Both the position numbers and the translations under genes were made by a program. Of a stretch of 64,000 nt of DNA, positions 25,198 through 36,128 are shown piece after piece. The notes beneath the pieces are model-generated. The model made no database searches and had not been told where the DNA came from. It saw only the letters and a list, made by a program, of their open reading frames with translations. The DNA comes from Squalus acanthias (taxonomy: Eukaryota): positions 4,526,001 through 4,590,000 of the forward strand of contig CM059430.1 of assembly GCA_030390025.1 (NCBI GenBank), given 5' to 3'. How positions within the stretch are numbered: the stretch's first letter is position 1; each line of letters starts with the position of its first letter.

Positions 25198-26262
25198 AAC
25201 AACAACAACAACTTGTATTTATATAGTGCCTTTAATGTAGTAAAACGTCCCAAGGCGCTTTACAGGAGTATTATCAAGACAAAAAATTTGACACCGAGCC
25301 ACATAAGGAGAAATTAGGGCATTTGACCAAAAGCTTGGTCAAAGAGGTAGGTTTTAAAGAGCGTCTTAAGGAAGAAAGAGAGGGAGAGAGGCGAAGAGGT
25401 TTAGGCAGGGAATTCCAGAGCTTAGGGCCTTGGCAACAGAAGGCACGGCCACCAATGGTTGAGCGATTATAATCAGGGATGCTCAAGAGGGCAGAATTAG
25501 AGGAGCGCAGATATCTCGGGGAGTTGTGGGGCTGGAGGAGATTACAGAGATAGGGAGAGGCGAGGCCATGGAAGGATTTGAAAACAAGGATGAGAATTTT
25601 GAAATCGAGGCATTGCTTAATCGGGAGCCAATGTAGGTCAGTGAGCATAGGGGTGATGGGTGAACGGGACTTGGTGCGAGTTAGGACACAGACAGCCGAG
25701 TTTTGGATGACCTCAAGTTTACGTAGGGTAGAATGTGGGAGGCCAGCCAGGAGTGCGTTGGAATAGTCAAGTCTAGAGGTAACAAAGGCATGGATGAGGG
25801 TTTCAGCAGTGGATGAGCTGAGGCAAGGGGCGGAGACAGGTGATGTTACGGAGGTGGAAATAGGCAGTCTTAGTTATGCTGCGGATATGTGGTCGGAAGC
25901 TCATTTCAGGGTCAAATATAACACCAAGGTTGCGAACAGTGTGGTTCAGCCTCAGACATGTTAGGGAGAGGGATGGAGTCAGTGGCTAGGAAACGGAGTT
26001 TGTGGCGGGGACCGAAAACAATGGCTTCGGTCTTCCCAATATTTAATTGGAGAAAATTTCTGCTCATCCAGAACTGGATGTCGGACAAGCAGTCTGACAA
26101 TTTAGAGACCGTGGAGGGGTCGAGAGAAATGGTGGTGAGGTTGAGTTGGGTGTCATCAGCGTACATGTGGAAACTGACGCTGTGTTTTCAGATGATGTTG
26201 CCAAGGGGCAGCATGTAGGTGAGAAATAGGAGGGGGCCAAGGATAGATCCTTGGGGGACACC
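25198..26262 (-). mobile_element. L2-clade LINE, 5'-truncated, about 1.06 kb
   Basis: Minus strand encodes GVPQGSILGPLLF, YADDTQL, WMSRNFLQLNIGKTE, LHWLPI...FKIL and GGRAF....PKLWNSLP. Tail is aggcactatataaatacaag(ttg)n. Frameshifted. Confidence 0.95.
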
Positions 26263-26304
26263 CAATATTACTCTCCATTGAAGTCAGGTGAGAGTAATAT
26301 TGGG
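26261..26304. repeat. Perfect 15-bp inverted repeat (central hairpin of a MITE fragment)
   Basis: cccaatattactctc - cattgaagtcaggt - gagagtaatattggg. Confidence 0.85.
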
Positions 26305-26692
26305 CGGGGTGTCGGTCTACCCGATCCCATGGGTGTCCAGATGGACGGCTAGGTTAAAATTACTCTCCTGTATCTCTAAAGCACCATCCGGGGCTGGGCT
26401 ACTCAGACACTGGGTAGTTCTCCATGAAGAAGGGTCGCTAAATACCTACAAGTGCTTCTGCACTAATTCCACTTTTCGGGAGAGTGATGCCAACCTGATT
26501 TCGGCCCGGCACTTTCTCAGATTTACCTTGTCCTGTGCCTCTGGATTCCTGTAAGCCTGTTGAAGGCTGGTTTGATTCCAGAGGCTTCCATTTTCTGAGT
26601 TGATCTCCTCTTTCTTGATTTACAAGGATGTTACCAGGACTGGGAGGTTTTACCTATCAGAAAAGGATGAACAGGCTGGGTCTCTTTCCTCT

Positions 26693-27111
26693 ATTTTTTA
26701 TTCGTTTATAGGATCAGGGCGTCACTGGCAATGCCAGCATTTATTGCCCATCCCTAGTTGCCCTTGAGAAGGTGGTGGTGAGCCGCCTTCTTGAACCGCT
26801 GTGGTCCGTGTGGTGATGGTACTCCCAGAGTGCTGTTAGGCAGGGAGTTCCAGGATTCTGACCCAGCGACGATGAAGGATCGGCGATATACTTCTAAGTC
26901 AGGATGGTGTGTGACTTGGAGGGGAACTTGGAGGCGGTGGTGTTTCCACGCGCCTGCTGCCCTTGTCCTTCTAGGTGGAAGAGGTCGCAGGTTTGGGAGG
27001 TGCTGCCGAAGAAGCCTTGGCGAGTTGCTGCAGTGCATCTTGTAGATGGTACACACTGCAGCCACGGTACGCCGATGGTGGAGGGAGTGAATGTTTTAAG
27101 GTGGTGGATGG
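26693..27111 (-). mobile_element. Second LINE family 3' end (CR1/L2 group) inserted in the CR1
   Basis: ORF 26754-27065 AAVCTIYKMHC...WNSLPNS...FKKAAHHHLLKG with 3' UTR gggatgggcaataaatgctggc. A short piece of the same tail lies at about 24685-24730. Confidence 0.85.
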
Positions 27112-27223
27112 GGTCTTTAAAATTATGAAAGGTTTTGATAGAGTAGACACAGAGAGAGTGTTTCCACTTGTGGGGAAGAGCAAAACAAGAGGCCATCAAT
27201 AATAGATAGTCACCAAGAAATCA

Positions 27224-27655
27224 TGATGTGGAGATGCCGGCATTGGACTGGGGTGGACAAAAATGAGAAGTCGCACAACACCAGGTTATAGTCCAACAGA
27301 TTTATTTAATTTTACAAGCTTTCGGAGCTTTCGCTCCTTCTTCATGGCCGGTCTTTCCAGTTTTTAAAAAAAAAAAACTAACACAAGAACCAACACAAAT
27401 GGAGAGGATATGCAGCCAGCAGGTGTTTTGACACGTTGGACCCCCTGGGACACATCTCATTGTCTTGGCTGTGCTCTTAGTGTGTCTTTGATGTAGGGAA
27501 AGATTTGAATACATTTTTTCTGTGTTTATATTGTGAATTCTGGGAGATTCTCTCACAGCTACCCTACCTGAAGAAGGAGCGACAGCTCCGAAAGCTTGTA
27601 AAATTAAATAAATCTGTTGGACTATAACCTGGTGTTGTGCGACTTCTCATTTTTG
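27224..27655. mobile_element. Non-coding Penelope-derived insertion with inverted terminal repeats
   Basis: 87-bp inverted repeat 27258-27344 / 27569-27655 with one mismatch. A 34-bp extension lies at 27224-27257. The 12-bp direct repeat accaagaaatca flanks it at 27212-27223 and 27656-27667. Confidence 0.92.
27565..27600 (+). ncRNA. Minimal type I hammerhead ribozyme motif (copy 2)
   Basis: UAC-CUGAAGA-A-GGAGC-gaca-GCUCC-GAAA-GC-UU-GUA. Perfect 5-bp stem II, palindromic AAGCUU and helix I UAC/GUA. Confidence 0.75.
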
Positions 27656-30600
27656 ACCAAGAAATCAAATAGGGAATTCAGAAGAAACTTCTTTACTCAG
27701 AGAGTGGTGAGAATGTGGAACTCGCTACCACAGGGAGTGGTTGAAGCGAATAGTATAGATGCATTTAAGGGGAGGCTAGATAAGCATTTGAGGGAGAAGG
27801 GAATAGAGGGTTATGCTAATAGAATTAGATGAGGAAAGACAGGAGGAGGCTCGAGTGGAGCATAAACGCCGACATGGACTGGTTGGGCCTGTTTCTGTGC
27901 TGTATATTCTATGTAATCCTATGTAATCTTTAATTTAATGTAATGGTTGAAAATAGGTCTAGGTGGTAATGTTTAGCTGCTAAGCTGTTTAAAGTGGCCT
28001 GTTCCTTTAAGGCTACTACGCAATACTCACTGTGGGGAAGTTGTCTAATAGGCATGCCCTGCAGTAAAGCTAATTTTGGAGGGAAGTTTTTCCAGACTGG
28101 CACCTGTTACTAAATCTCTGGCTTCCATCTTTTAGGATGAGGCCAGATTATCAAGATCAGATAAGCTTGTAGGAATAGGCTAGCTAGCTTTCTCTTTTCT
28201 TAATACTTTTGACACATCTGAAGTATGATGGACATTTATTAGACGCAATGTTTTATGTCAAAAGCCATTTATCAATAATGGATCTCCCATGGCATTGCTC
28301 ATGATACATAGTTTAAAAAAAATCAGTAACACAAATAAATAATGTTTTCCTAACTCACTGCAGGTAGAAAAATGAGTAACTTTGTTCCCCTCGCATACCA
28401 CAGTTACACAAGCAAATAAGTATATGCATGTAATGTGCTGTAGTTAAATAAATAAACAACCCCATGTATACAGTTAGTTACATTATTTTTCCTATCAAAA
28501 TTACCTCAGATCGAGCTCAAAAGGTCCTGCTTTACTTCATTTTGATGTTTTATATAAGAAAATGAGTTACCTTCAAAGGGTCTAAAGTGACCTCCTAAAG
28601 TTTTAGTGCTGCTAGTCCCCGGGCCTTTTCAATCATAAAAAGGGGAAAGAGAGGGGGAAGGGGAAGTTCTGGCACATTCTGTGAATGGCCAGTTTTGCTG
28701 TCAGCTGTAAAAAATAAAGTAATTAGACTCAGAAGGGAGACAGCCTCAGGGTGCATTCTGGGAGTGTTGTCCACAGAGTGACATCAGAGTTTCAAACTGC
28801 TACCCAGTGAAGCCTCTTTATTCATCCAACAGAATAATAACTGTCGGAAATCAGTCTCGGCCATCTGAAAAACGAGGTACGCAACTGAAGAAAGGGAGTA
28901 GTGTGGGAGGAGTGTATATCCACAGTGAAAGAATTTGGAAAGAATATTTGAGCAGTTCCGCCTAGAGACAGCAAAGCAAATGTTTCTTGATTAGTTTTTG
29001 GAAAATAAATAATTTGTGGGTTGTGGGTTCATGATCTGATGGTTTGGGAGTGGAGAATGTTCACTGTTTATGTTTTATGAGGATGGGATGCTGTTTACAA
29101 TTTTGGAGCCTAGTTGGGTTGGAATTGAACCAAGAGGATGGGCATTGCGGGAAAGAGTTAGTTAGGAGCTCATGTAGGTGGGAGCATGGCTCGTGTGGTC
29201 GAAATCAGGATAGAAGCTCATTCAAATAGGCAGACCTGGCCATAAGGCACCCAAGTGGGAAGCAGGGAAAGGAAGGTAGGGAAGATGGAGGAAAGGCTGG
29301 AGGGGAGGGGTCAACAGACAGAGCTACCAAGAAAGGAAAAGATGGGGACCAAAGTTGAGAGCAGTGGTAAGTTTACAAATTCATTTAAAATAATATAAAT
29401 GGGTAAGGAAATAATATATATAAAACTCTTTGAGACTTCCTCTTTGTCACACCTATTTCCTGTTGTCATGATTTAGTAATTCTTTTGTGATATTGGTAAT
29501 GCTAAGAGGCATTGCCTAAGATGTAACAGTAATGCCTGTTTCTATTAGTTTTAATAGGTAACTTCAACACCTGCTATTCAGACCTCCCATCACTGGTGGC
29601 ACTGTGGCACGAGTCACCCAGTTTTTCCAATATTTTGGCCCTTTACAACAACCACAGCTGAATGATAAACCATTTCGCTGATTAACTGTGAGCAAGGCTG
29701 TAGGAGAGTCACCAGTAAATAAAACAATGAAAAGGGAAAACAAGATACTTACAATAGCTGTTTGGTACTGTTCCTACTGTTTAAAATGAAGAAATCTGAA
29801 TAGAGGTAATCAGTGGGTAAATGACCGAATCAGGTGGAAGAAATTTGCCTAGAATACAATAATTTGCATGGTATTAGAATAAATCTGCATATCCGCAAGT
29901 GTGACGAAGGTACGGAACAGTGATAAAAATGTGTGCTAGACGTATCATTTTTATTATATTAAGAGAGATATAGATAGATTTATTCAGTGTAATCGACAGT
30001 GATGGATTTAGTGTGAAATGCTAAGTACCTTTTTCCTGGAATTTAGCCTGGTTCAGAAAGAAAGGGAATATTTAAATGACAGTCAAAAGTAAAACATGTT
30101 CTGAACTCTTAAAAAAAAAACTGTTCACACGATAATTTGATGAATAGAGTAATTCACTCCTCTGCTGGAGAAAGGATCAAATATGGCTACATGCCTTGGT
30201 TGGCAATCCAATGTCCTACTGCCGCAGGTGCCACACTGCACAATTACAGGTCACATTATAGCACTTGGATTTCTCACTTAACCAACTAGGTCCTCCATAG
30301 CACCAGGTTTCTCCTCGGCCTATCACATTCTATCAAGCAAGTCTATCATATCAATTAATTTCCACGCTGGTTCTGCTCAATTAAAGTTCAGTCTCAGCAA
30401 CGTAACATCCCCAGAATGATTTTAACTTGTTAACACCAAAAACTAGCTGACATTTAGAAATGTAGAGACAGGTCTTATCATAGAAAGTCACTGGCTACTA
30501 CTTAGACACTTGCAACGTAAAGGAAGTTCTGCACTACAGTGAAACAGAACAAGCGAGGGCTGCAGTTTAATCTGGCGTACCTGCAACAGTGCAATCCCTG

Positions 30601-31997
30601 GTAATGGAAAAGTGACCTTCAACTGCTGCACATATGGATAAAAAATTGTTTGTGCTAGCCTTGGAATTTTGCTCTCCCTTCCAGCAATAGTGGAATGGAC
30701 TCATGGCCAGGCTCAGGAGAATGGATATTGTTTGAGCATTAATTTCTCCGTCATGTGTGCTCGTTCTCCCCACTGCAGCAGAACAAAGCTTTAAAATGTC
30801 TGCCTTGGTGATGTAAGAACTCTATCTCAATCGTTTTTTTTTTGCAATGCATTAATGTGGACGATCACATGCTTGCACTGAGATGGAAGTTATTCCATTT
30901 TGCCCGTGTAAATAACAATCAACTCATTCAAGAGGGAATTCAGATAATTGTGCACAATCTTTAAACATCCTGGCCACCATGAGACACTCTCTCACTTGTG
31001 TTATTCGGTAGGTTCATTCATATAAGAACGGTCTAGAAATTGTTGGTGTGGATCCTCCATAATCACAATATAAAGTTACTGTGATCGTCTGGTGTTTCTC
31101 ATATTCTGAGCATTTAGCATTTACCTAAGCAACATATCTCCTTGGGCTGGGTTCAGCCAAGACATAATACATTGTAGGTCACATCAAAGCATTAGTCTTG
31201 TATCACACATTCTGACTAGAATAGAAATCGTAAAGGAATGTTTCGTTCCCCGTTATTGCAAAGCGCATTATAAAACTGCATTTTATGCTTTATTCAAACA
31301 ATTGATGAATAATTATTTTGGTATCTATACATCAAATACATCGATCCATTATCTTGGGTGATTATGCTAGGAAGGATGTGCTATCTAACGCACACAAACA
31401 CAAAATTTATTACCCAAGTAAAAATACTTGTTAAAATAGAAAAGCAAAGACATCAGATATAAGACTGTTGTTTCATTGAAGCTGGAAGAATATTTTTTAT
31501 GCATTTACTGTGTTTGCCACATGATCTATCGAGCTATCCTCAGTTACGATAGCATCTGTGGTAATACAGTAAATATTTTACACACTATTCTGATTTGACC
31601 CGCCTGTGGTTTGATTTGCTGCAAACTATGTACTTGCACTAAGTATTCTCTTATGTTGGGTTGATGGCGCAAAACAATTGGGAGCTGTTGGGCCGGATTT
31701 TGCAGTAAAAATAACAGTGAGGCTAACAGCGCTCACTGTGATGAACATGTAAATCGGACAGCAACTTCCGGCAACCGCACACATGCAGTTAAATGCGTAA
31801 ATCAGGAAGTTGCTGTCCGAGATGCACTGCTCCTCCAAAAGCTCAGCTATAATGGCATCTCGCTGAGAGACTTGCCATTGAAATACATGGAGCGCCGTGA
31901 AGTTGCTGGGCTTACCTGATATATGCCCACTAAACTCATCAGTAAAAGTTAGGGCTTGTCCATTCCAGTGTAAGTAAATTTTTAATGGTGTTATAAG

Positions 31998-32131
31998 CGA
32001 TGTTCCCTTTAAGCTACAAGGCCGCGCAGTTGGCTTGCGGGCTTTTCAATGCAAAGACCGCGCATGTGCGGTATTATTTGGCGCTCCTTAAAGGGACTGA
32101 ACGGCGCTAAGAAAAATTACAGGGAACATTG
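31998..32131. mobile_element. 134-bp hAT-like MITE nested in a MITE
   Basis: TIR c(g)atgttccct ... agggaacattg. Degenerate 8-bp TSD gttataag / gtgataaa. Central near-palindrome accgcgcatgtgcggt. Confidence 0.75.
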
Positions 32132-32463
32132 GTGATAAATCTTAATTACTGCCAAACAACCTCTCTGGCACTGAAAATGAACTTTAACAAGTGTGGAGTC
32201 TCATTCCTTCTGATTTTAATTATTGTTGGAGATTTTTTTTTAAATTCAATTATTTTTTACTTTTTCTGTCTCTTTTATCTCACTCTCTTAACCCATCTTT
32301 CTTTCCCTCTCTTTATTTTGCTTTCTGTACCTGATTTGACATTGAATTCAATATTCTAACGGAACTTACTGGTTCAGACTCTGTGCTGCTCATTCAGGAT
32401 TCTTCAATCTGATTGGTTAAGGAGATGCACTATTGTGTGCCCTGTTCACACAGGTCCCAGATC

Positions 32464-32479
32464 CCCTGTAGAGGGCGCC
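32464..32479 (+). promoter_or_regulatory. Candidate CTCF motif inside a MITE
   Basis: ccctgtagagggcgcc resembles the CCASYAGRKGGCRS core. Confidence 0.35.
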
Positions 32480-33054
32480 ATGCTTTTTGGTGTTCTCGGT
32501 CTGCCAGTCAAGCCCACTTAGAAAGTCAATGGGCAAGTGCAAGTGTAACAAACAGTTGGTGCTGTTTATTCGCCGCTGACCGCAAAATTCGGCCCATTAA
32601 CTTTTAGGCAGCTGACAAGTGGAGTGCCGGCCATTCGCCTGTTTCTCCGGCGAAGAGGTCATTGTGATAGAGTCTTGGGCTTCCTTTGGATCAGACCAGC
32701 GAGCTGCGTCGCCAAACTAGTGACCGAGGCAGCTTGCTAGTTTTGGGCCACAGGAATGTCAGCTGTCTGGGAGGCTGGCGCCAGCTGCAGGTGAGTGTTG
32801 TGTGGGTGGGTGGGGGGGGGGGGGGGCGCGGGGGGGGAAGCAAGACTGAGGGGCAGGAGCCCAGGCCGGCAGGGGCCGGCAGTATTTTTGTGGGGCCCGG
32901 AGGAGCAATTTTGCAGTTGTTAATTTACCCACCTCTATTTCCCCTTCTCTGTGGCCCACTGTGCATTACCGCCCTCATTCCAGCAGTTGTCTTATCCTAA
33001 CAGTTTAGTTAACTTTTCTGCATGAAGGTTTTCCATACTATTTACTATCATATA

Positions 33055-33291
33055 GCTCTATAAGATCACCTCTCAGATACTTCCACTCAAGCTGAAAAGC
33101 CCAAGTTCCTTCAGTCGCTGATCAACACTCAAGACTAGCACTTGAAGGTCTCCCTTGTGTCTGGACAGAATACTCAAGGTGTGAGTCTGAGCAGAGCATT
33201 GTAGAGTTTGAGCATGACTTTCTCCAACTTCCTTTCTGTTGTCCAAAGTTCCCTCTGTAAAGTGCCCTGGGGAATTTTCTGATGCAAATAG
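33055..33291 (-). mobile_element. Old CR1 fragment interrupted by the solo LTR
   Basis: aagatcacctctcag...tcaagctgaaaagcccaag and cagaatactcaaggtgtgagtctg resemble the reverse complement of the CR1 LRGDL region. Confidence 0.55.
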
Positions 33292-33782
33292 TGTTGTGGG
33301 ATTTCTCTCTGCCCCGCGGCAGACGGAGACGAGCGTGTACTGGTTCCAAGCGATCTTTATTCAAGCACGTGCAGGGAGAGGCCCTCTCAGTCTGAGCTGA
33401 GACGGGAGTCTAATTTTCACATTCGAGCAGTTGGCTTATATATAATCTTACATCTTGTTTCCTTCACATCTTCGGGACTTGGCCAATTAATTGTCCAAGT
33501 CACGTACACTTAGTCACATCTCCACAAAACACATCTTGTTTATCTCATTTGCTCTGTTTCCACATCTGCCATTGTTCTATCCAATTTACGTACGCTTAAC
33601 CACATCTTCGCAAATCACATCTTGGCGGCCCATTGTTCAATGTATGGCCTCCTCGCCTTCTTTTACACCCCCAATCATCGTGTAATATGCTTTTTCCAAC
33701 TGTCTTTGTTCTGCCAGACTTCTCCTTTATTACATCAGCCAGCTAGTCAGTTAAGCTGCTAATCTAACTTTTAACCCCTTCA
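33292..33782 (-). mobile_element. Solo LTR (491 bp) of an LTR retroelement or endogenous retrovirus
   Basis: TG...CA termini with a perfect 5-bp TSD aatag (33287-33291, 33783-33787). On the minus strand it starts TGAAGGGG, has a TATA box at about 33436-33445 and AATAAA at 33356-33361, and ends CCCACAACA. CpGs are retained. Confidence 0.88.
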
Positions 33783-34253
33783 AATAGCATTCCATAAAGT
33801 TGTTGAAAATGTCAAATTTATTGACATAACTTTTACTTTCAATGTAAACAAAGAATACCGTTCATATTGTTATCATCACCACTTTTACCTATTAAGAAGG
33901 TATTGCACTATTTCGGGTTTTGAGAATTATCCTTTTAATCTCACAACTTTATCCCAGCATAAATAAAAAGATACACTTTGTCCTCTACAGGTACACCACA
34001 AAATGTCCATAAGTCACAAGTGCTGTATTTGCAAACAATAATTTATTATAAGTGAGTTATTTATCATAATTAGCCTAATACATGTAGTTTATTTGCTATA
34101 CCTAGTGGGTGGCCTTTTACCATTGGACTAATATAAATATGTAAGGAGCATAATCTCCAACAGTAAGGTAGGCATTTCTTTTCCTAAAAGTTCACCCCTC
34201 CTCTCCTGAACGTGCCAAATCTTGCTTTGGTTCCCAGGTTCAAGAGTATTCAA

Positions 34254-34306
34254 GAGCAGGCTCGAGGGGCCGGTTGGCCTACTCCTGCTCCTGTTTCTTA
34301 TGTTCT
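34254..34306 (+). mobile_element. CR1 extreme 3' tail
   Basis: gagcaggctcgaggggcc...cctactcctgctcct.tttcttatgttctt, shared with 46229-46286. Confidence 0.8.
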
Positions 34307-34329
34307 TCTGTTCACTCTAGTATCTAGTC

Positions 34330-34622
34330 AAAATGTCCATTCTTCATCTGTCATCCTAGATAGCAAATATTGGCCTGTTATTCAACCGAGAGGGGTGTCA
34401 CAGTTGAGTCAAAGACCGTGCCCTCCCAACGCCCACATACTTCCCAGCAGGGGCCAAGAATTGTTGATCAGGAGTGGGAGGCTTGGCTGAATTTCCTCAT
34501 CCCTAACCCAGGGGCACTGGGTAAACTGGTGCTCCAGGTGAGATCACTGGGACCTTGTGGTCTGCCTGGCTTGGTGCCAGACCAGGTCGTGCATTTACCC
34601 ACTAAACCACTAGGGAAGCTCA
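34330..34622 (-). mobile_element. Old tRNA-like-headed SINE
   Basis: Minus strand begins gagcttccctagtggtttagtgggtaaatgcac (A-box-like). The body is homologous to 24405-24670 and 16100-16387. Confidence 0.6.
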
Positions 34623-35968
34623 GGTAACCAAACTGATACAAATTATATATAGTTTTACATTATCCTATTATAATGAGATAACTTCCAACTTTATTGCATG
34701 CAAATATAGACATAAATTTGTTTGTGTATCTGTGATCATGAAGCTTCTTCTGATGTACTAGATAGATAATACTGCTGCATTTATTGTGGTTTCAGATGGA
34801 GTCTGATGAGTACCTTAGGGCTCTCCAGAAACATTCATAATATTAAGGTAGTTCAACTATGAATTTGAATGCTTATGAGCCTGACCATCGGGAACACAGG
34901 CACATCTGGTGATTATATCATCATTTGTACTGTTAATTCTGATCTTATTATAAATTAAATGCACCAAAAATGAAAAGACTTTTATTTCTAGTATTGAAAA
35001 CAAGCAGTGTGACACATTAATCTGTGCCATCATTCTTTTTTGTTAAAAAAATAACAGGTCGGAAAAACTTTGTCACTGCTTCCTGATTTCTATTTTTACA
35101 ATCACATTCAAATTAAAACAGGAATCGATTAATTAGGGAATATGACAAAGTAGAAAAAATATAGAAAGAAGAATAAATAAAAAAAAAAATGCTTAAAATG
35201 ATTTCTGTGCACCCATGCCCCTCAGGCCAGTGGTGCAGTATAAATTGTCATGAATGACCATCAGCACTTACAGAAACAATTTAATTCTACAGCTTCAGCC
35301 ATCACTGGCTGATATATTCCTCCAAGGTCATTAACCAAGGCTAGAAAGGTCATATGATTAATGAGTGACAAGCTTGAAGAGCACTAACGTATATGAGCAT
35401 GGCTTACATTAATTATATAGAGATTGTGGAAAATGAATGTAAGGGAAATCATTTCCCGTCAGTCCAGGATTTCTCCCTAACATATCTTCCCCCCTTGACG
35501 ATTAAGGTTTTTTTACTGAACCCTGTTAAAATATAGAAAGAAATGAAATCCACATTGTTAGTCAGTGTTAGGCTGAAGCCAAAGGAAGGCCTTTCATGTG
35601 TATGTTTGTGTGTAGCATATCTGTGTGTTTTGTGTTGCTGCTGGGAAGGATATCATCCTGCCTTCATTTGCAAGGCAGAGATTGGTGATGGAGATAGCAG
35701 GGCAACAATATTATTAATGACACTGTGTTCGTGACCGTAGGATCTGCATAAATCAAGCCCCCTCAAAATGGTGCGGGGCTGGTGTGTGATGATGAATCCG
35801 CAAGCTCAGTTTAGGTTCACTGAATTTTTATCTTATATATTATAAATGATAGGGAAGTAAAACTGCATGTGAGCACAGGAAGGGGGCAAACTCTTAGCAG
35901 AGAGCTGAGCATCGTTTTGAAGCAAGGGTTAGGGGATTCTGTTGAAAGATGAGTTGCTGTAGTACACA

Positions 35969-36128
35969 NNNNNNNNNNNNNNNNNNNNNNNNNNNNNNNN
36001 NNNNNNNNNNNNNNNNNNNNNNNNNNNNNNNNNNNNNNNNNNNNNNNNNNNNNNNNNNNNNNNNNNNNNNNNNNNNNNNNNNNNNNNNNNNNNNNNNNNN
36101 NNNNNNNNNNNNNNNNNNNNNNNNNNNN
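35969..36128. other. Assembly gap (160 N)
   Basis: Run of N. Confidence 1.

Larger units (their letters stand above)
26618..27927 (+). mobile_element. CR1 3' end split into three pieces (26618-26692, 27112-27223, 27656-27927)
   Basis: Pieces translate collinearly: FTRMLPGLGGFTYQKRMNRLGLF / VFKIMKGFDRVDTERVFPLVGKSKTRGHQ / TKKSNREFRRNFFTQRVVRMWNSLP, then a tail ctatgtaatcctatgtaat. Confidence 0.9.
31690..32595. mobile_element. MITE (Harbinger-type termini)
   Basis: TIR gggccggattttgcagt matches the reverse complement of the right end, gggccgaattttgcggt, at 15/17. Confidence 0.8.

Noticed and set aside
27305-27350. Third hammerhead on the minus strand
   Set aside because: The inversion junction removes C3 and the 5' strand of helix I (it reads CCAUGAAGA), so the core is incomplete.
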